From an uncultured delta proteobacterium (GTDB taxonomy: Bacteria > Desulfobacterota > Desulfobacteria > Desulfobacterales > Desulfatirhabdiaceae), in assembly GCA_963789395.1 (NCBI GenBank), contig CAWBKP010000014.1, positions 128,001 through 192,000 of the forward strand: a stretch of 64,000 bases of DNA. Reading direction: 5' to 3'. Of this stretch, positions 29,714 through 40,056 are shown one piece after another. A program made the position numbers and the translations under genes. The notes under the pieces are model-generated. The model saw only the letters and a list, made by a program, of their open reading frames with translations, searched no databases and was not told the origin of the DNA. How positions within the stretch are numbered: position 1 is the first letter of the stretch; the number at the start of each line of letters is the position of its first letter.

Positions 29714-30622
29714 ATGAATCACAGACAGCGGGTTGCACTGACCATTCAAAGGCAACGTGCGGACAGGATTCCCCGGGGAGAGCTGTGCATCGACGATGGC
29801 CTGATCAGTGCGTTTCTGGACACAGCCCATGTGACGCACCGGGAGCGCCTGGAATTTGCCTCCCGGCTGGACCTGGATCTCATCTGCCTGTCACCCGACT
29901 ACGGAACGGGTAACCAACCCGATCGCTTGCCGGCGCCCGATGCGCACTGCTGGCCGGACCTGGAGCAATGGAGTTCGGGAACCGATCTGTTTGTCTTTGT
30001 GATCCTGGACGGCGGATTCTCCTGGGGGATGAAACTGCTGGGCTTGAAGAACTTCATGACGGCTGTCATGCGCCGCGCCTCCGAAATCGCGTCCATATTG
30101 CAGGAAGCGGACACTCTCGGTACAGTGTTGATGAAGCGAGCCGCCGCACAAGGCGCCCATGGCGTCGTGATCGCGGATGATATCGCCTTCACGGCCGGCC
30201 CGATGGTTGCCCCGGACGTTTTGCGCCGATTATTTTTCCCCTTCGTCGCGCGACAGGTGGAATGCGCGCACAAACTGGGACTGAGTGTCATTTTCCATTC
30301 GGACGGCAACCTCAATTCCGTTCTGGCCGATCTTGCGGCCACCGGAATCGATGGGTTGCAATGTCTTGAAAATGCAGCAGGAATGGACCTGGCCCGAACC
30401 TGGAAACAATACGGTGACAGGTTGTGCTTCTGGGGAAATCTTGACCCCTCGCTTCTGTCAGCCCCGCTGGATCCGCAAGAAATCGAACAACAGGTGAACA
30501 CCATCCTGCACGTCGCAAACGGCGGCGGGATCATTTTTGGAACCAGCAGCGGCTTATTTAATGGCATGCGGCCGGAAAATCTGTCCTACCTCCACAAGCT
30601 TCTCTCATGTTATTCCGACTGA
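29714..30622 (+). CDS. Uroporphyrinogen-decarboxylase-family protein (MtaA/CmuA-like methyltransferase fold)
   Basis: ADRIPRGE, IADDIAF, FHSDGN and FWGNLD motifs; adjacent to the corrinoid remnants. Confidence 0.75.
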   Translation: MNHRQRVALTIQRQRADRIPRGELCIDDGLISAFLDTAHVTHRERLEFASRLDLDLICLSPDYGTGNQPDRLPAPDAHCWPDLEQWSSGTDLFVFVILDGGFSWGMKLLGLKNFMTAVMRRASEIASILQEADTLGTVLMKRAAAQGAHGVVIADDIAFTAGPMVAPDVLRRLFFPFVARQVECAHKLGLSVIFHSDGNLNSVLADLAATGIDGLQCLENAAGMDLARTWKQYGDRLCFWGNLDPSLLSAPLDPQEIEQQVNTILHVANGGGIIFGTSSGLFNGMRPENLSYLHKLLSCYSD

Positions 30623-30757
30623 TCCTCACTGTCCGGAAGAGCAAGGCAGGAGAAGCTTTGCGCCGCATAATAATGATTCTTTCCTCCATGCTTTCAGGAT
30701 GAAATCGTTATTTCAGCAATAAACGCCTCCTTATCGATAATTGAGTATTTGCTTATG

Positions 30758-32038
30758 TTAAATGTACACCTTCCAGAGCATCCCGCTCAGGGAGCCGAAT
30801 ACAATGACCAGGTGAATCGGCACATGAAACCGTTGCAGGGCTAAAAAAGTCACCCCTGCCAAACCAATGGCGAACCCATCGATGGCTCCCCTTGCGGGAA
30901 AAAACGTATTTATACTGAAAAAGACGGCCAGTTTGAGGACAACCCCTACCACCGCAGCCGTAACGCCGGTGAGAGCGGCCGCTAACCGCCGGTTCCCGGA
31001 AAGCGCATCAATATAGGGCGCGCCGGCAAAGATAAACATGAAACTGGGTAAAAACGTGCAATATGTGGTCAACAGCCCTCCGGCAATTGCCGTCCAGAGC
31101 TGGGGAGCGTTCCCGCTGAACTTCCAGGCGCCTAAAAAGCCGACATACTGCGTCACCATGATCAGCGGCCCCGGCGTAGATTCGGCCAGCCCAAGCCCGG
31201 AGAGCATCTGTTTTTCGGTAAGCCATCCGGAAATGTGGACGGCGTAATCGGCGATATAACTCAGGACGGCGTAGGCGCCGCCGAAGGTGACAAATGCCGC
31301 CTTGGTAAAGAAAATGGTTATCTGCGTCAGGATATGATCCATTCCAAAAACGGCAACCAGGGGAACTGCGGCCGCCAGCCATAAGGTGCCGAACACCAGC
31401 GCAACTTTTATGGCCTGCGAAATCGGCGGCATGGCAGTCTGTTTGCCGATGTCTTCCATCGAGCATTCCTTGGATCCCTTGACGCGGAGGCAAAATATTT
31501 CCGGATAGTATGCGCCCAAAACAATCCCTCCGATTGCCGCAGCCAGCACAATCAACGGAAACGGGACATTCAAAAAATACCCGGCAATAAACGCACCTGC
31601 GGCAAACCCATACAAGGATTTATGTTTTAAAGATTTTTTCCCGATCCGCATCACGGCTTCCACAACAACGGCCACAACCACCGGTGAAATACCATAAAAG
31701 AGCCCGGCGATAACAGGCACATCGCCATGCGCCGCTGCAAGCCAGCTGAGCACCATCATGACAAATATGGACGGGATGACAAAAAACGCTCCGGCCACCA
31801 CACCGCCAAGGTATCCGTGAAGTCGCCAGCCGATGTAGGTGGCAAGCTGCTGAGCCTCCGGACCGGGCAGGAGCATGCAATAATTCAGCCCTCTTAAGAA
31901 AACCGACTCCTCGACCCATTTTCTTTGATCGACCAGCTCCCGGTGCATGACGGCAATCTGTCCGGCCGGGCCGCCGAAATTGATAAATCCCAGTTTCACC
32001 CAGAATTTAAAGGCTTCTTTAAAAGAGACCGTTATCAT
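30758..32038 (-). CDS. chrA: Chromate efflux transporter, copy 2
   Basis: KLGFINFGGPAGQIAVMH, YCMLLPGPEAQQLATY, TFGGAYAVL and AESTPGPLI motifs. Confidence 0.95.
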   Translation of the reverse strand: MITVSFKEAFKFWVKLGFINFGGPAGQIAVMHRELVDQRKWVEESVFLRGLNYCMLLPGPEAQQLATYIGWRLHGYLGGVVAGAFFVIPSIFVMMVLSWLAAAHGDVPVIAGLFYGISPVVVAVVVEAVMRIGKKSLKHKSLYGFAAGAFIAGYFLNVPFPLIVLAAAIGGIVLGAYYPEIFCLRVKGSKECSMEDIGKQTAMPPISQAIKVALVFGTLWLAAAVPLVAVFGMDHILTQITIFFTKAAFVTFGGAYAVLSYIADYAVHISGWLTEKQMLSGLGLAESTPGPLIMVTQYVGFLGAWKFSGNAPQLWTAIAGGLLTTYCTFLPSFMFIFAGAPYIDALSGNRRLAAALTGVTAAVVGVVLKLAVFFSINTFFPARGAIDGFAIGLAGVTFLALQRFHVPIHLVIVFGSLSGMLWKVYI

Positions 32039-32359
32039 TTATTTTTCCTCCACCTGGCCGCCGCTGTCTATCCACGCGGCAATGCCGCCTTCAATATACC
32101 GGGCGTTGATGTTTTTTTCCGCCAGCCGCTCCGAAACCGATTTGCTGACGGACCCGCCCCGAACGCAGTAGAAGATCACCTCCTGGCCGGCAAGTTCATC
32201 CCGCCACGCTTCAACCGCTTCGGGGTTTCGCCAGGCAGCGCCTGGAATTTTATTCGAATCTGTTTCATAATCGGATTTTCGCCGCACATCCAGTATCGTC
32301 AGGTTCCGGCGGCTTTCCTTCAACGATTTAAGCTCTTCTGGTGTAATGGTCTTATTCAT
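32039..32359 (-). CDS. Rhodanese-domain protein (ChrE-like)
   Basis: ILDVRR, KIPGAAW, YCVRGGSVS and YIEGGIAAW motifs; GGAGG RBS before the ATG at 32359. Confidence 0.85.
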   Translation of the reverse strand: MNKTITPEELKSLKESRRNLTILDVRRKSDYETDSNKIPGAAWRNPEAVEAWRDELAGQEVIFYCVRGGSVSKSVSERLAEKNINARYIEGGIAAWIDSGGQVEEK

Positions 32360-33624
32360 TTTGAACCTCCATATTGCGTGCAGGCACCGGAACATCGCGG
32401 CCGAAGACCGCGAATCCCACGGTACCGATGATCCCGAAAACGAACGCGGTGACAAGGTTCGTCCGCGGACTGATTTGCCATAGAAATGCGCCGCCCAGGG
32501 CGGCCACGGCGACAAACACATCCCGGATAAGATAGTAAAGCCCGAACATGCCCGCCTTGCAGCTGTCCGGGGACAGATCCATGATCAGGGATTTGCGGGT
32601 GGGCTCTCCAAACTCTTTGAGTCCCCGAAGAAAAAAGGCCGCCACCAGCCACTCGAAGGAGCGGCTGTAAAGAAGCACCAGGGGAAACAGGGTGAAAAAA
32701 ACAAAGGTCACGAGAACAAAAGGCTTCTTGGTGCTTCGGTCCGCCATATAGGCAACCGGGATATAGACAAGCACCGCGGTGGCCATCTCGATGGTGGTGA
32801 GAAGGCCGAACTGAACGGCGGATACCGGATCGGCGACGGTTTTCATGCACCAGACCACGACAAAGGCATAGGGTATCTGCTCGCAAAAGCGTATCAGGAT
32901 GTCGGTCACCAGAAGATTTTTCATGGCCGGATTCATCAGCTGCAGCAGCTTCAACGGGTTTTTTTCAGGTGTCAGGCCGCATGCTTCCTGGGAACGGTTT
33001 TTGTCCGGCGCATCGTCTGCTATCATGCGCTGCTGCAGCAGCAGCGCCGCAACCGCCAGAGCCAGCGCCGCTCCAAAGGCCAGTCTCACCCCCTCTTTTT
33101 CGCCCCACACTGCGATAAAAACACCGCCCAGAAGGGGGCCGAGCGCCATGGGAATGCGGCGTACCAGAGAGTGCATGCTGACTCCCATGGTTCGCTTGTT
33201 CCGGGGCAGCACCTTGTATATAAGACTCAACGTGGCCGGCAAGCGAGATCGCCGACCAGGAGATAAAGAGCACTGCTCCGGCAAGCACTGCCTGCCATGC
33301 GGGGATCAGGATCACCAGGGCAAAGCCGATCATCGCCACCAGATTAAACACCAGGAGGGATTTTTTGGTGCCGATGCGATCGGAGAGATACCCGCCGGGA
33401 AAGCTGTAAAGGGCCGAAAGCAGATTGTCCATGGCCTGCAGCAGACCGATGGCCAGAACGCCGCTTCCCAGGGCCATCATGTAGATGGGAAGAAAGCGCT
33501 CCGCCATGTGCTCGCCCATGCCCACCAGCACCACCATGGCCAGCACCCCGACGGTGCTGCGCCGAAGCCCCAGAAAGCCGGAGATGCCGGCTGTGCGCGT
33601 CTTTATGCTTTCACGGATTGGCAT
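32352..33624 (-). CDS. MFS transporter; one frameshift near 33240
   Basis: GGYLSDRIGTKK motif A in ORF 32965-33624; second half (AYMADRSTKKPF) in ORF 32352-33284. Confidence 0.88.
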
Positions 33625-33642
33625 GATGTTTTATCCTATGAT

Positions 33643-34074
33643 TTATTTGCCGGCCACATCCAGTCGGCACCAGGCATACAGGGCATCGTAGACCTCAAAC
33701 TGCGCCGCGATGTTTTGATGATCATCCGGATAGCGAAGGCTATAGCCAACGGCAATGGCCTCGAAACCGGCAGCCAACGGGTCCGCCTCCAGCCGGTCGG
33801 TGTCGGCTGCATTGATAACCCTTGCCATCCGCAACAGGGCCTTGTCGGTCAATTCGTAGTCCGTGATAATCACATCAAAGGTGCAAAGATTTTCCCGGTG
33901 ATGCAGCTTGGCCCCCGGGGTGTCAAAGGGGATGGCGCCTTCCTTTTCAGCGATTTCCAGCACCCTGCTCTTTGGCACAAAAAGAAATTCGGCATCCGAG
34001 TCGACAAACCGGGTAATCAACCAGGGACAGGCGACTCGGTCAACATGAACGTGAGATCGGGTAATCCATTTCAT
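33643..34074 (-). CDS. ChrB C-terminal-domain protein (ChrF-like)
   Basis: MKWITR..VDRVACPWLITRFVD..F..CTFD..YDALYAWC. Confidence 0.88.
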   Translation of the reverse strand: MKWITRSHVHVDRVACPWLITRFVDSDAEFLFVPKSRVLEIAEKEGAIPFDTPGAKLHHRENLCTFDVIITDYELTDKALLRMARVINAADTDRLEADPLAAGFEAIAVGYSLRYPDDHQNIAAQFEVYDALYAWCRLDVAGK

Positions 34075-34092
34075 CGGTTTTCTCCTTAATCG

Positions 34093-35079
34093 TTAATCAG
34101 GGCGATTATGCCCCTTTCGTCCTTGGAAATAGGCATACAGATTTTCAAACAACCTGAAACCGTCCTGCATGCGTTGATCGTCATCTGCCTGAGAGGCAAC
34201 CAGGCCGGTTAACAGCGCGTAAAAACCGTCCGTTTCGCTGCGGCCATATTTGGCGTCTTTGAGATCAATGTCGTGAACCACCTCAGCCAAGGGAAGAAGT
34301 GCGCGGTCCGCGATCCGCATGCGTTGAATCATCACCTCAAATGTGCACCGGTCCCCTTCGTGAGTGTATTCCCCGTCGAACATATCGAATCGAATTTCTC
34401 CGGGTTTCGGAGTATAGGGTACACCACCGACGAATTTGAAACCGGCCGATTTATCCACGAAGCGACGGATCAACCAGCCGCAGGCAATACGGTCCACAAA
34501 AACATTTTCCCGCGTCACCCATGTTTTTCCTTTGAGTGCTTCAAATCCTTCTTCGGTGGCCGATTTTGCAGATGGTTCCCCGGCCGCTTGCACCGCAAGA
34601 TTGTTCAGAAGCATTTCGGCTGTTCCCAGTTCAGGCGTCTGATAGAAATCGATGCCTCTTACTTCGTCCAATCTCCGCCGCAATTTTGTCACAAGGGTCG
34701 AGCCATTTATGGCCGAGTCCCCCGCATTTCTCTTTCCGGCGGACCACTCGGTCAGCAGTTGATTGGCCTCCTGGATGATTTTTTCGTAATCCGACTTGCG
34801 GGCGCTTTGGAAGAGCGCAATCACCTGTTTGTCAGTGAGGCCCTCAAGAAATCTGACCTCTGAAATAGACCCGTCCCCGCCGCCCGCGATAATTTCTTTG
34901 AGTATCCAGCTCAGGTCTTCCCGGAACTGATCGGAAATGGGCATGGCGTAAACCGATGGCTTGATCGCCACAGCCCCTACCTGCTGCAGTCGGCGCCAGA
35001 TTTTCACGCGAAGAGCATTGGGTTTGGGCGGGAGCTGGTGAATTAATAGCAACCATTTCAAGGGATCATTGAACGTCAT
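34093..35079 (-). CDS. chrB: Chromate resistance regulator ChrB
   Basis: WLLLIHQLP..RVKIWRRL N-domain, plus WVTR..VDRIACGWLIRRFVD..FDM..YTHEGDRCTFE C-domain. Confidence 0.92.
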   Translation of the reverse strand: MTFNDPLKWLLLIHQLPPKPNALRVKIWRRLQQVGAVAIKPSVYAMPISDQFREDLSWILKEIIAGGGDGSISEVRFLEGLTDKQVIALFQSARKSDYEKIIQEANQLLTEWSAGKRNAGDSAINGSTLVTKLRRRLDEVRGIDFYQTPELGTAEMLLNNLAVQAAGEPSAKSATEEGFEALKGKTWVTRENVFVDRIACGWLIRRFVDKSAGFKFVGGVPYTPKPGEIRFDMFDGEYTHEGDRCTFEVMIQRMRIADRALLPLAEVVHDIDLKDAKYGRSETDGFYALLTGLVASQADDDQRMQDGFRLFENLYAYFQGRKGHNRPD

Positions 35080-35097
35080 TATTTCCTCCATATCAGT

Positions 35098-35135
35098 TGT
35101 TACAATAAAATGTAACATTAGCTACATTTTGTCAA
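35098..35135 (-). promoter_or_regulatory. chr promoter with a candidate ChrB operator
   Basis: Inverted repeat TGTTACA-ATAAAA-TGTAACA (35098-35117) just downstream of a minus-strand TTGACA. Confidence 0.6.
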
Positions 35136-35511
35136 GGGATGTGTCGGACTATCGGGTTCAGGTGTGCACGGTATCAGCATGCAATCCGTACTTGCGTAAC
35201 ATTCACGAAACACAACAAGACGGTCATCCGGAATGAGCATGGAGTACAGAAAACGGGCGCATCAGAGATTTCCGGAACATTATCCGCACTGTGTGACAAT
35301 TGACAGCTGACCGGGTGTCAGACTGGAATAAAGCGAAGAAACAATGGCTTGCAGCGGAACAGGAATTCAGTCGGTTGGGGAAAAATCGTGGCGATGGCGG
35401 GGATGAATCCAGCGATCACCCGCATGTGAGAAAGGCCGGGCAGGAAACTCCTGTTGATATCGTGACCGAACATAAAAGCTGTTCAGTCACGATATCATTT
35501 CAGACAAACCG

Positions 35512-36840
35512 CTAAACAACCCGGAAAAAAGCATCATCAAATTCGGGCTTGCCCTCATAGCGGCTCATGAAAAAACCGGGAAGCAGGTCCATGCTGCTTT
35601 CAAAGAGGCCAGGATCCGCTTCAATGCCTGCCCGGTGAAGGGCTTTGACGATATCGGCTGTTTTGGGAGGGCAGCCCTTGACCGGAATCATTTCCTGAAT
35701 ATCCGGGTGATCCTTGTTGGCCTTGTACATGCATTTTCCCAGAAGTATGGTTTTTTTCATTCCAGGTGTCGGCTTCATGGCTTTGCCCGTCAGGATTTCC
35801 ACTTCATCCCAGGGTTGGCCCTTCCAGGCAGCGCGAATGGCCGAAAGCACCAGGCCGTTGACACCGGAGCAGTAGGTGCACATGGACAGATCGTATTTCG
35901 GGTAGGAAATTCCCTTGATGCCCATGTTGGCCAGGGGCACGGGCAGGGTATTCATGGGCGTGTTCGAATAATGAAAATCATATTCATGGCGCGATGAAAC
36001 GGCTTCGAGAGTCTCTCCCTTTATCGAAATCGTCGAAAGATCCGTGGGAACGCCTTTTCTGGACGCCGCATGCACCAGATGCGGCACATCGCACGGCGCA
36101 TGCCCCAGCACGGATGCGCCCACCATGTCCGCGGCCAGCGTGTCGGATGAAGCGATCAGAATGTTGCTTCGCCGCATTTTTCCATCAAAGCCGGGGCCGC
36201 GCTCATTCGAGAAGATGCCGTCAATAACGGTCATCATGGGCGGCAGGGGGTCCGCCAGACGCGCCACCATGACATTCAGATCCACCGCGGGGTCCATGCT
36301 GTGGCATTTTTTCCGGGACACCATATCGATGGTCCCTTTCAGGTTTTTGATGCCCAGACTGACAACGGTCTGGTTGTGCGTTTTCAACACCGGAAGATTC
36401 ACCACAAAATCGCTGTCCAGAATCTCGGTGCTGTAGTTCAAATAAAGGCCATCCCCGATGTCCCTTTTTTGAAACGGCCGATCCCACAGATTCACGGTGT
36501 TGACGCCATAACGCTGTTTCAAGGCTTCGTAACCCAGTGTATGAAAGGCATGGTACGGCATTTTGACGTCCCTGGGATCCATGACCACCATACCTTCTCC
36601 GATGGTGATGCGATCAATGCCTTTTTCCTTCAACAGAACCACCATGTCTTCCACAACGCGGGAGGTGGTAATGACGCCCCATTTGGGAATCTGTTCGGCC
36701 CGAAGCCAGAAGGCGATATTGGGCTTTATTAAAACGGCTGCGCCCCGGGGCAGGTGGTCCAAGCCGGAAGAAAGTTCAACCGCTTTTCGAACGGATTCAA
36801 GCGGTTTTTCATAACGGACAATCGCAACACACGACTTCAT
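35512..36840 (-). CDS. DUF362-family Fe-S protein
   Basis: VLIKPN, ITIGEG, VNLPVLKTH..SLGIKNLKG, VIDGI..GP and AADMVGA motifs; C-terminal CTYC, GKC and GCPP. Confidence 0.85.
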   Translation of the reverse strand: MKSCVAIVRYEKPLESVRKAVELSSGLDHLPRGAAVLIKPNIAFWLRAEQIPKWGVITTSRVVEDMVVLLKEKGIDRITIGEGMVVMDPRDVKMPYHAFHTLGYEALKQRYGVNTVNLWDRPFQKRDIGDGLYLNYSTEILDSDFVVNLPVLKTHNQTVVSLGIKNLKGTIDMVSRKKCHSMDPAVDLNVMVARLADPLPPMMTVIDGIFSNERGPGFDGKMRRSNILIASSDTLAADMVGASVLGHAPCDVPHLVHAASRKGVPTDLSTISIKGETLEAVSSRHEYDFHYSNTPMNTLPVPLANMGIKGISYPKYDLSMCTYCSGVNGLVLSAIRAAWKGQPWDEVEILTGKAMKPTPGMKKTILLGKCMYKANKDHPDIQEMIPVKGCPPKTADIVKALHRAGIEADPGLFESSMDLLPGFFMSRYEGKPEFDDAFFRVV

Positions 36841-37066
36841 CACCAACTTCTCCTTTATCTGAAAGCCCGAAAATCCGCGTCCATTTTCGGGTGTTGTTAT
36901 CTAAGTCATCAACTCAATGAAGTTCTCCGGAAAATCCCTCATGCAAAAAAATATGCTTGAGTTTATGGGATTGACGGATAATAGCCCCGGCAAGTTTAAT
37001 GGGTCAATATAAATTCAGATAAATAAGGGAGGTCGCAGGAGAAACTCTGGTCCTGCGATGTTCGTT

Positions 37067-38275
37067 CTATACCACGATGATGTTCTGATCAGATACCGTC
37101 AGTTGCTGCAGTCCGTCTGCCGTTAACCGATGCGTGTTTTCGATGCCGACAACGCCTTTTCCCGGAAATATAAGTTTGGGCTCCAGGGCGATGACCATGT
37201 TTTCCTGGAGAAGCATTTTCTGTCCGGCAGCCAGGAACGGGTATTCATCCAACTCCAGGCCCACGCCGTGCCCCACAAAACGGATGCGCTGATCGCCCGT
37301 TCCCATGAAATTCTCTGAATATCCCGCTTCACCGGCAAGTTCAATGGCCATTTCATAAATTCTGCCGGCTGCAATTCCCGGTTTGGCTTCACGGACAATC
37401 GCATCCTGAATCGACAGCATGGCGGCATGGCCCTGAATCAGATCATCGGGAAGCTCGCCAATCGAGAAAATTCGGGTGTGATCCGAAAGATATCCTTTAT
37501 ATGCGAACACATAATCCACAAGAATCGGCTCATGGGCCTTGATGAGGCCGAATCCCGCTCCCTGGGCCACCGCCGCGCCGGCACCCGTTCCGCCGGTGGG
37601 AGATGCCAGATAGCTGGGCACGGCTCCGGATGCACCACACATCAGATGGCCGTAAAACAGCTCGCTTCCCCAAAGCCGCATTCTGACAACGCCCTGATGA
37701 CCCAGTTTTCGTGCATACGCCTCAGCCAGTCCGGCAAGCTCGAGTTCCGTCATGCCTTCTTTGATAGTATCTCTGATATATTCGTCCACCTGATCGGATT
37801 TCAGGGCCGCTTCCCGGATTATTTGAATTTCATAATCGGATTTAATGGCGCGAACCTGACGAATGAAATGCGAAATATCAAATATTCGAGCCTGGTCAAA
37901 GAGGCTCTGAAAGCCCAGATACGTCTGGGCCGGCATCACGTCCATTTCCAGACCCAGTGTTTTTGGAACGGCAAGGCCCATGCTTTTTATTAACTCCGGT
38001 ACCTGCCGGGGGGTGCTGAAGGAAACAATGTTTTGAATCGCAGATTCCGAACGGGCCCGCTCCAGACTTTTGCGAACCATCATCAGCGGATTTCCCTTGG
38101 CTGGAATATACAACTGAGACTGCTGAATGGTTCCGGAAAAATAAAAGAGGTCGGAATTCTGAACGAGGACAGCGCCATCGATTTCGTTTGTTAACAGATG
38201 GAACTGAAGTTCCTCGATTCGATGCCGTATCTCAGTTTCCGGGGTAGTGTCTTCAAATGCAGTATCTGGGACCAT
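37067..38275 (-). CDS. M24 (Xaa-Pro peptidase/creatinase) family metallohydrolase
   Basis: DLFYFSG, RAIKSDYE, LVD..GYLSDHTR, VGHGVGLELDEYP, ALEPK and GIEN motifs. Confidence 0.9.
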   Translation of the reverse strand: MVPDTAFEDTTPETEIRHRIEELQFHLLTNEIDGAVLVQNSDLFYFSGTIQQSQLYIPAKGNPLMMVRKSLERARSESAIQNIVSFSTPRQVPELIKSMGLAVPKTLGLEMDVMPAQTYLGFQSLFDQARIFDISHFIRQVRAIKSDYEIQIIREAALKSDQVDEYIRDTIKEGMTELELAGLAEAYARKLGHQGVVRMRLWGSELFYGHLMCGASGAVPSYLASPTGGTGAGAAVAQGAGFGLIKAHEPILVDYVFAYKGYLSDHTRIFSIGELPDDLIQGHAAMLSIQDAIVREAKPGIAAGRIYEMAIELAGEAGYSENFMGTGDQRIRFVGHGVGLELDEYPFLAAGQKMLLQENMVIALEPKLIFPGKGVVGIENTHRLTADGLQQLTVSDQNIIVV

Positions 38276-38462
38276 GGTGTTCCTTTCAAGCAGGGTTGAA
38301 TCGTTTTTGAAGAAAGCCGGCTGTTGAAATTTTCACGGAAAATAGTATGCCGCAGATATAAATCCGATCGCAACATGCCGTGAGAAGATACATTTTCTGG
38401 GGGTGAATGTCCATCAGCTTACAAGAGGTTAAATGGTCTACCTGCAGCCCGTTCCCCATCCC

Positions 38463-39869
38463 TTAACCCGGCATCAGCCCCATGGCTCTCCAGTAAAAAG
38501 AGCTGACAAGAATTCCCGCAATAACAGCGACCGCGAAAAACACACCAGCCATCGTCACCTGGCTATTGGACCACGCCCGTGAATTTGTCACGGAGTCGGC
38601 GATTGCGATGAACGGCTGGTCATAGGCCAGGAAAAAGGAATTTCCCACAGCAATACAAACGACACTGACCAGTACCGGATGAAGTCCGAATTTATGGTAA
38701 AGCGGGATGAATGTTGGAGAAAGGATGGCGAACGTGATAAACCCCTGGGGAACATCAACAAATCGGACGATCCATAACACAACTGTACCCACCAGCAGAA
38801 ATGTCAGGGGCGATCCGGCCAGGGAAAAAATACCGGGCTCAATAATGGGCCTGAACCACTCAGAAATGCCCGACTTTAAAAACATGGCCGTCATGCTCAT
38901 GATTATTGCAAAAAAATTGATGATATCCCAATTCACGCCGGTTGAAATATCAGGCAGCTTGATGATGCCGACGATTATCAGGGCTGCAAAAGCCATCATA
39001 GCCGTCACGGTGGTTGTAATACCCGATATTTGTTCCGTTGAAAAAAGAATTAGCGCGGAAATAAGAATCATTGCGCAGATGATTTCCTGTCTGGTGATTT
39101 TGCCTAATGCCGCATATTGATCCTTGAAAGCCTCTCTGTGCAGCTCAAGGGGTTCGGCTGGTTTAAAGAAGATATAGATGAGAACCAGAAACAGAACCGT
39201 GATCAATAACCAGGGAAATGCCATGTACTGAAACCATGCACCGGGTGTAGCCAGCACTTTCATTTCAGGCGGGTAAAACCCCATCATGAAAATCCCCCAC
39301 AAAGAACCGGTCTGCCAACCGATACCCGGAAAAAGCGCTGTTCCCCATGCCGTAAAACAGATCAGGGCCGAACCTTTGGATCGATCCTCCAGCTTGCAGG
39401 CTTCCACAAGGTTGATGGCAATGGGCATCACAATGACCATTCTTACCATAATGGAAGGCGTCAGCGCCGAAAGGGTAATTCCAATAATGAACCAGCTGAT
39501 ACATATGGTCAAATAGCTTGGCGAAAAGGTCTTCAGAACAAAATAGGTGATCCGTTTCCCAAGTCCTGTTTTGATAAGGGCAAATCCGAAAAAAAGCGCC
39601 GGAACCAAAACCCACACGGCAGGGCTGGTGTATCCTTTGGTGACGATATCCAGCGGCAGTTTAAAAAGGAGGCCGCCTGCAAGCAGGATGGCGCCTCCTG
39701 CAAAAAAAGGCATGCTGTCGGTCTTGAAAATCCAGTAGGCCAGACAAACCAGCGAAACTCCAAGCATGCCATGCCCCTGGGCGGAAAGACCGGAGAAAGG
39801 CTTAGCCGATGCAATGATGATCGCAAGCACGACAAAGGCAAAGATACCCAGCTTTCGTGTGTTACTCAT
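38463..39869 (-). CDS. SLC13/DASS-family transporter (divergent)
   Basis: Hydrophobic; KTGLGKRI, LTPSIMVR and VNWDII motifs. Confidence 0.85.
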   Translation of the reverse strand: MSNTRKLGIFAFVVLAIIIASAKPFSGLSAQGHGMLGVSLVCLAYWIFKTDSMPFFAGGAILLAGGLLFKLPLDIVTKGYTSPAVWVLVPALFFGFALIKTGLGKRITYFVLKTFSPSYLTICISWFIIGITLSALTPSIMVRMVIVMPIAINLVEACKLEDRSKGSALICFTAWGTALFPGIGWQTGSLWGIFMMGFYPPEMKVLATPGAWFQYMAFPWLLITVLFLVLIYIFFKPAEPLELHREAFKDQYAALGKITRQEIICAMILISALILFSTEQISGITTTVTAMMAFAALIIVGIIKLPDISTGVNWDIINFFAIIMSMTAMFLKSGISEWFRPIIEPGIFSLAGSPLTFLLVGTVVLWIVRFVDVPQGFITFAILSPTFIPLYHKFGLHPVLVSVVCIAVGNSFFLAYDQPFIAIADSVTNSRAWSNSQVTMAGVFFAVAVIAGILVSSFYWRAMGLMPG

Positions 39870-40056
39870 TCATGCATCTTTTTTTAAACGCATATTTTTC
39901 ACCGTCTTGCCATATGGCATACCTTCCTCCGACAAAGCAATCATCGCAACAGCACCCAGGCCTATAATGCAGGAAAAAAATGCTTTTCATCTTTCTCATT
40001 TCTCTCCCCCGTTCTCCACGTCAATCTCATCATCGTGTGGATTCGGGGCCTTTTTG

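Noticed and set aside
29714..30622. hemE (heme biosynthesis)
   Set aside because: It lacks the MRQAGR motif, and the context is a corrinoid methyltransferase remnant.
32899..34089. 396-aa plus-strand ORF
   Set aside because: Antisense to the MFS and chrF-like genes; no motifs.
35300..35515. 71-aa plus-strand ORF
   Set aside because: No clear RBS or recognisable domain; probably spurious or decayed.
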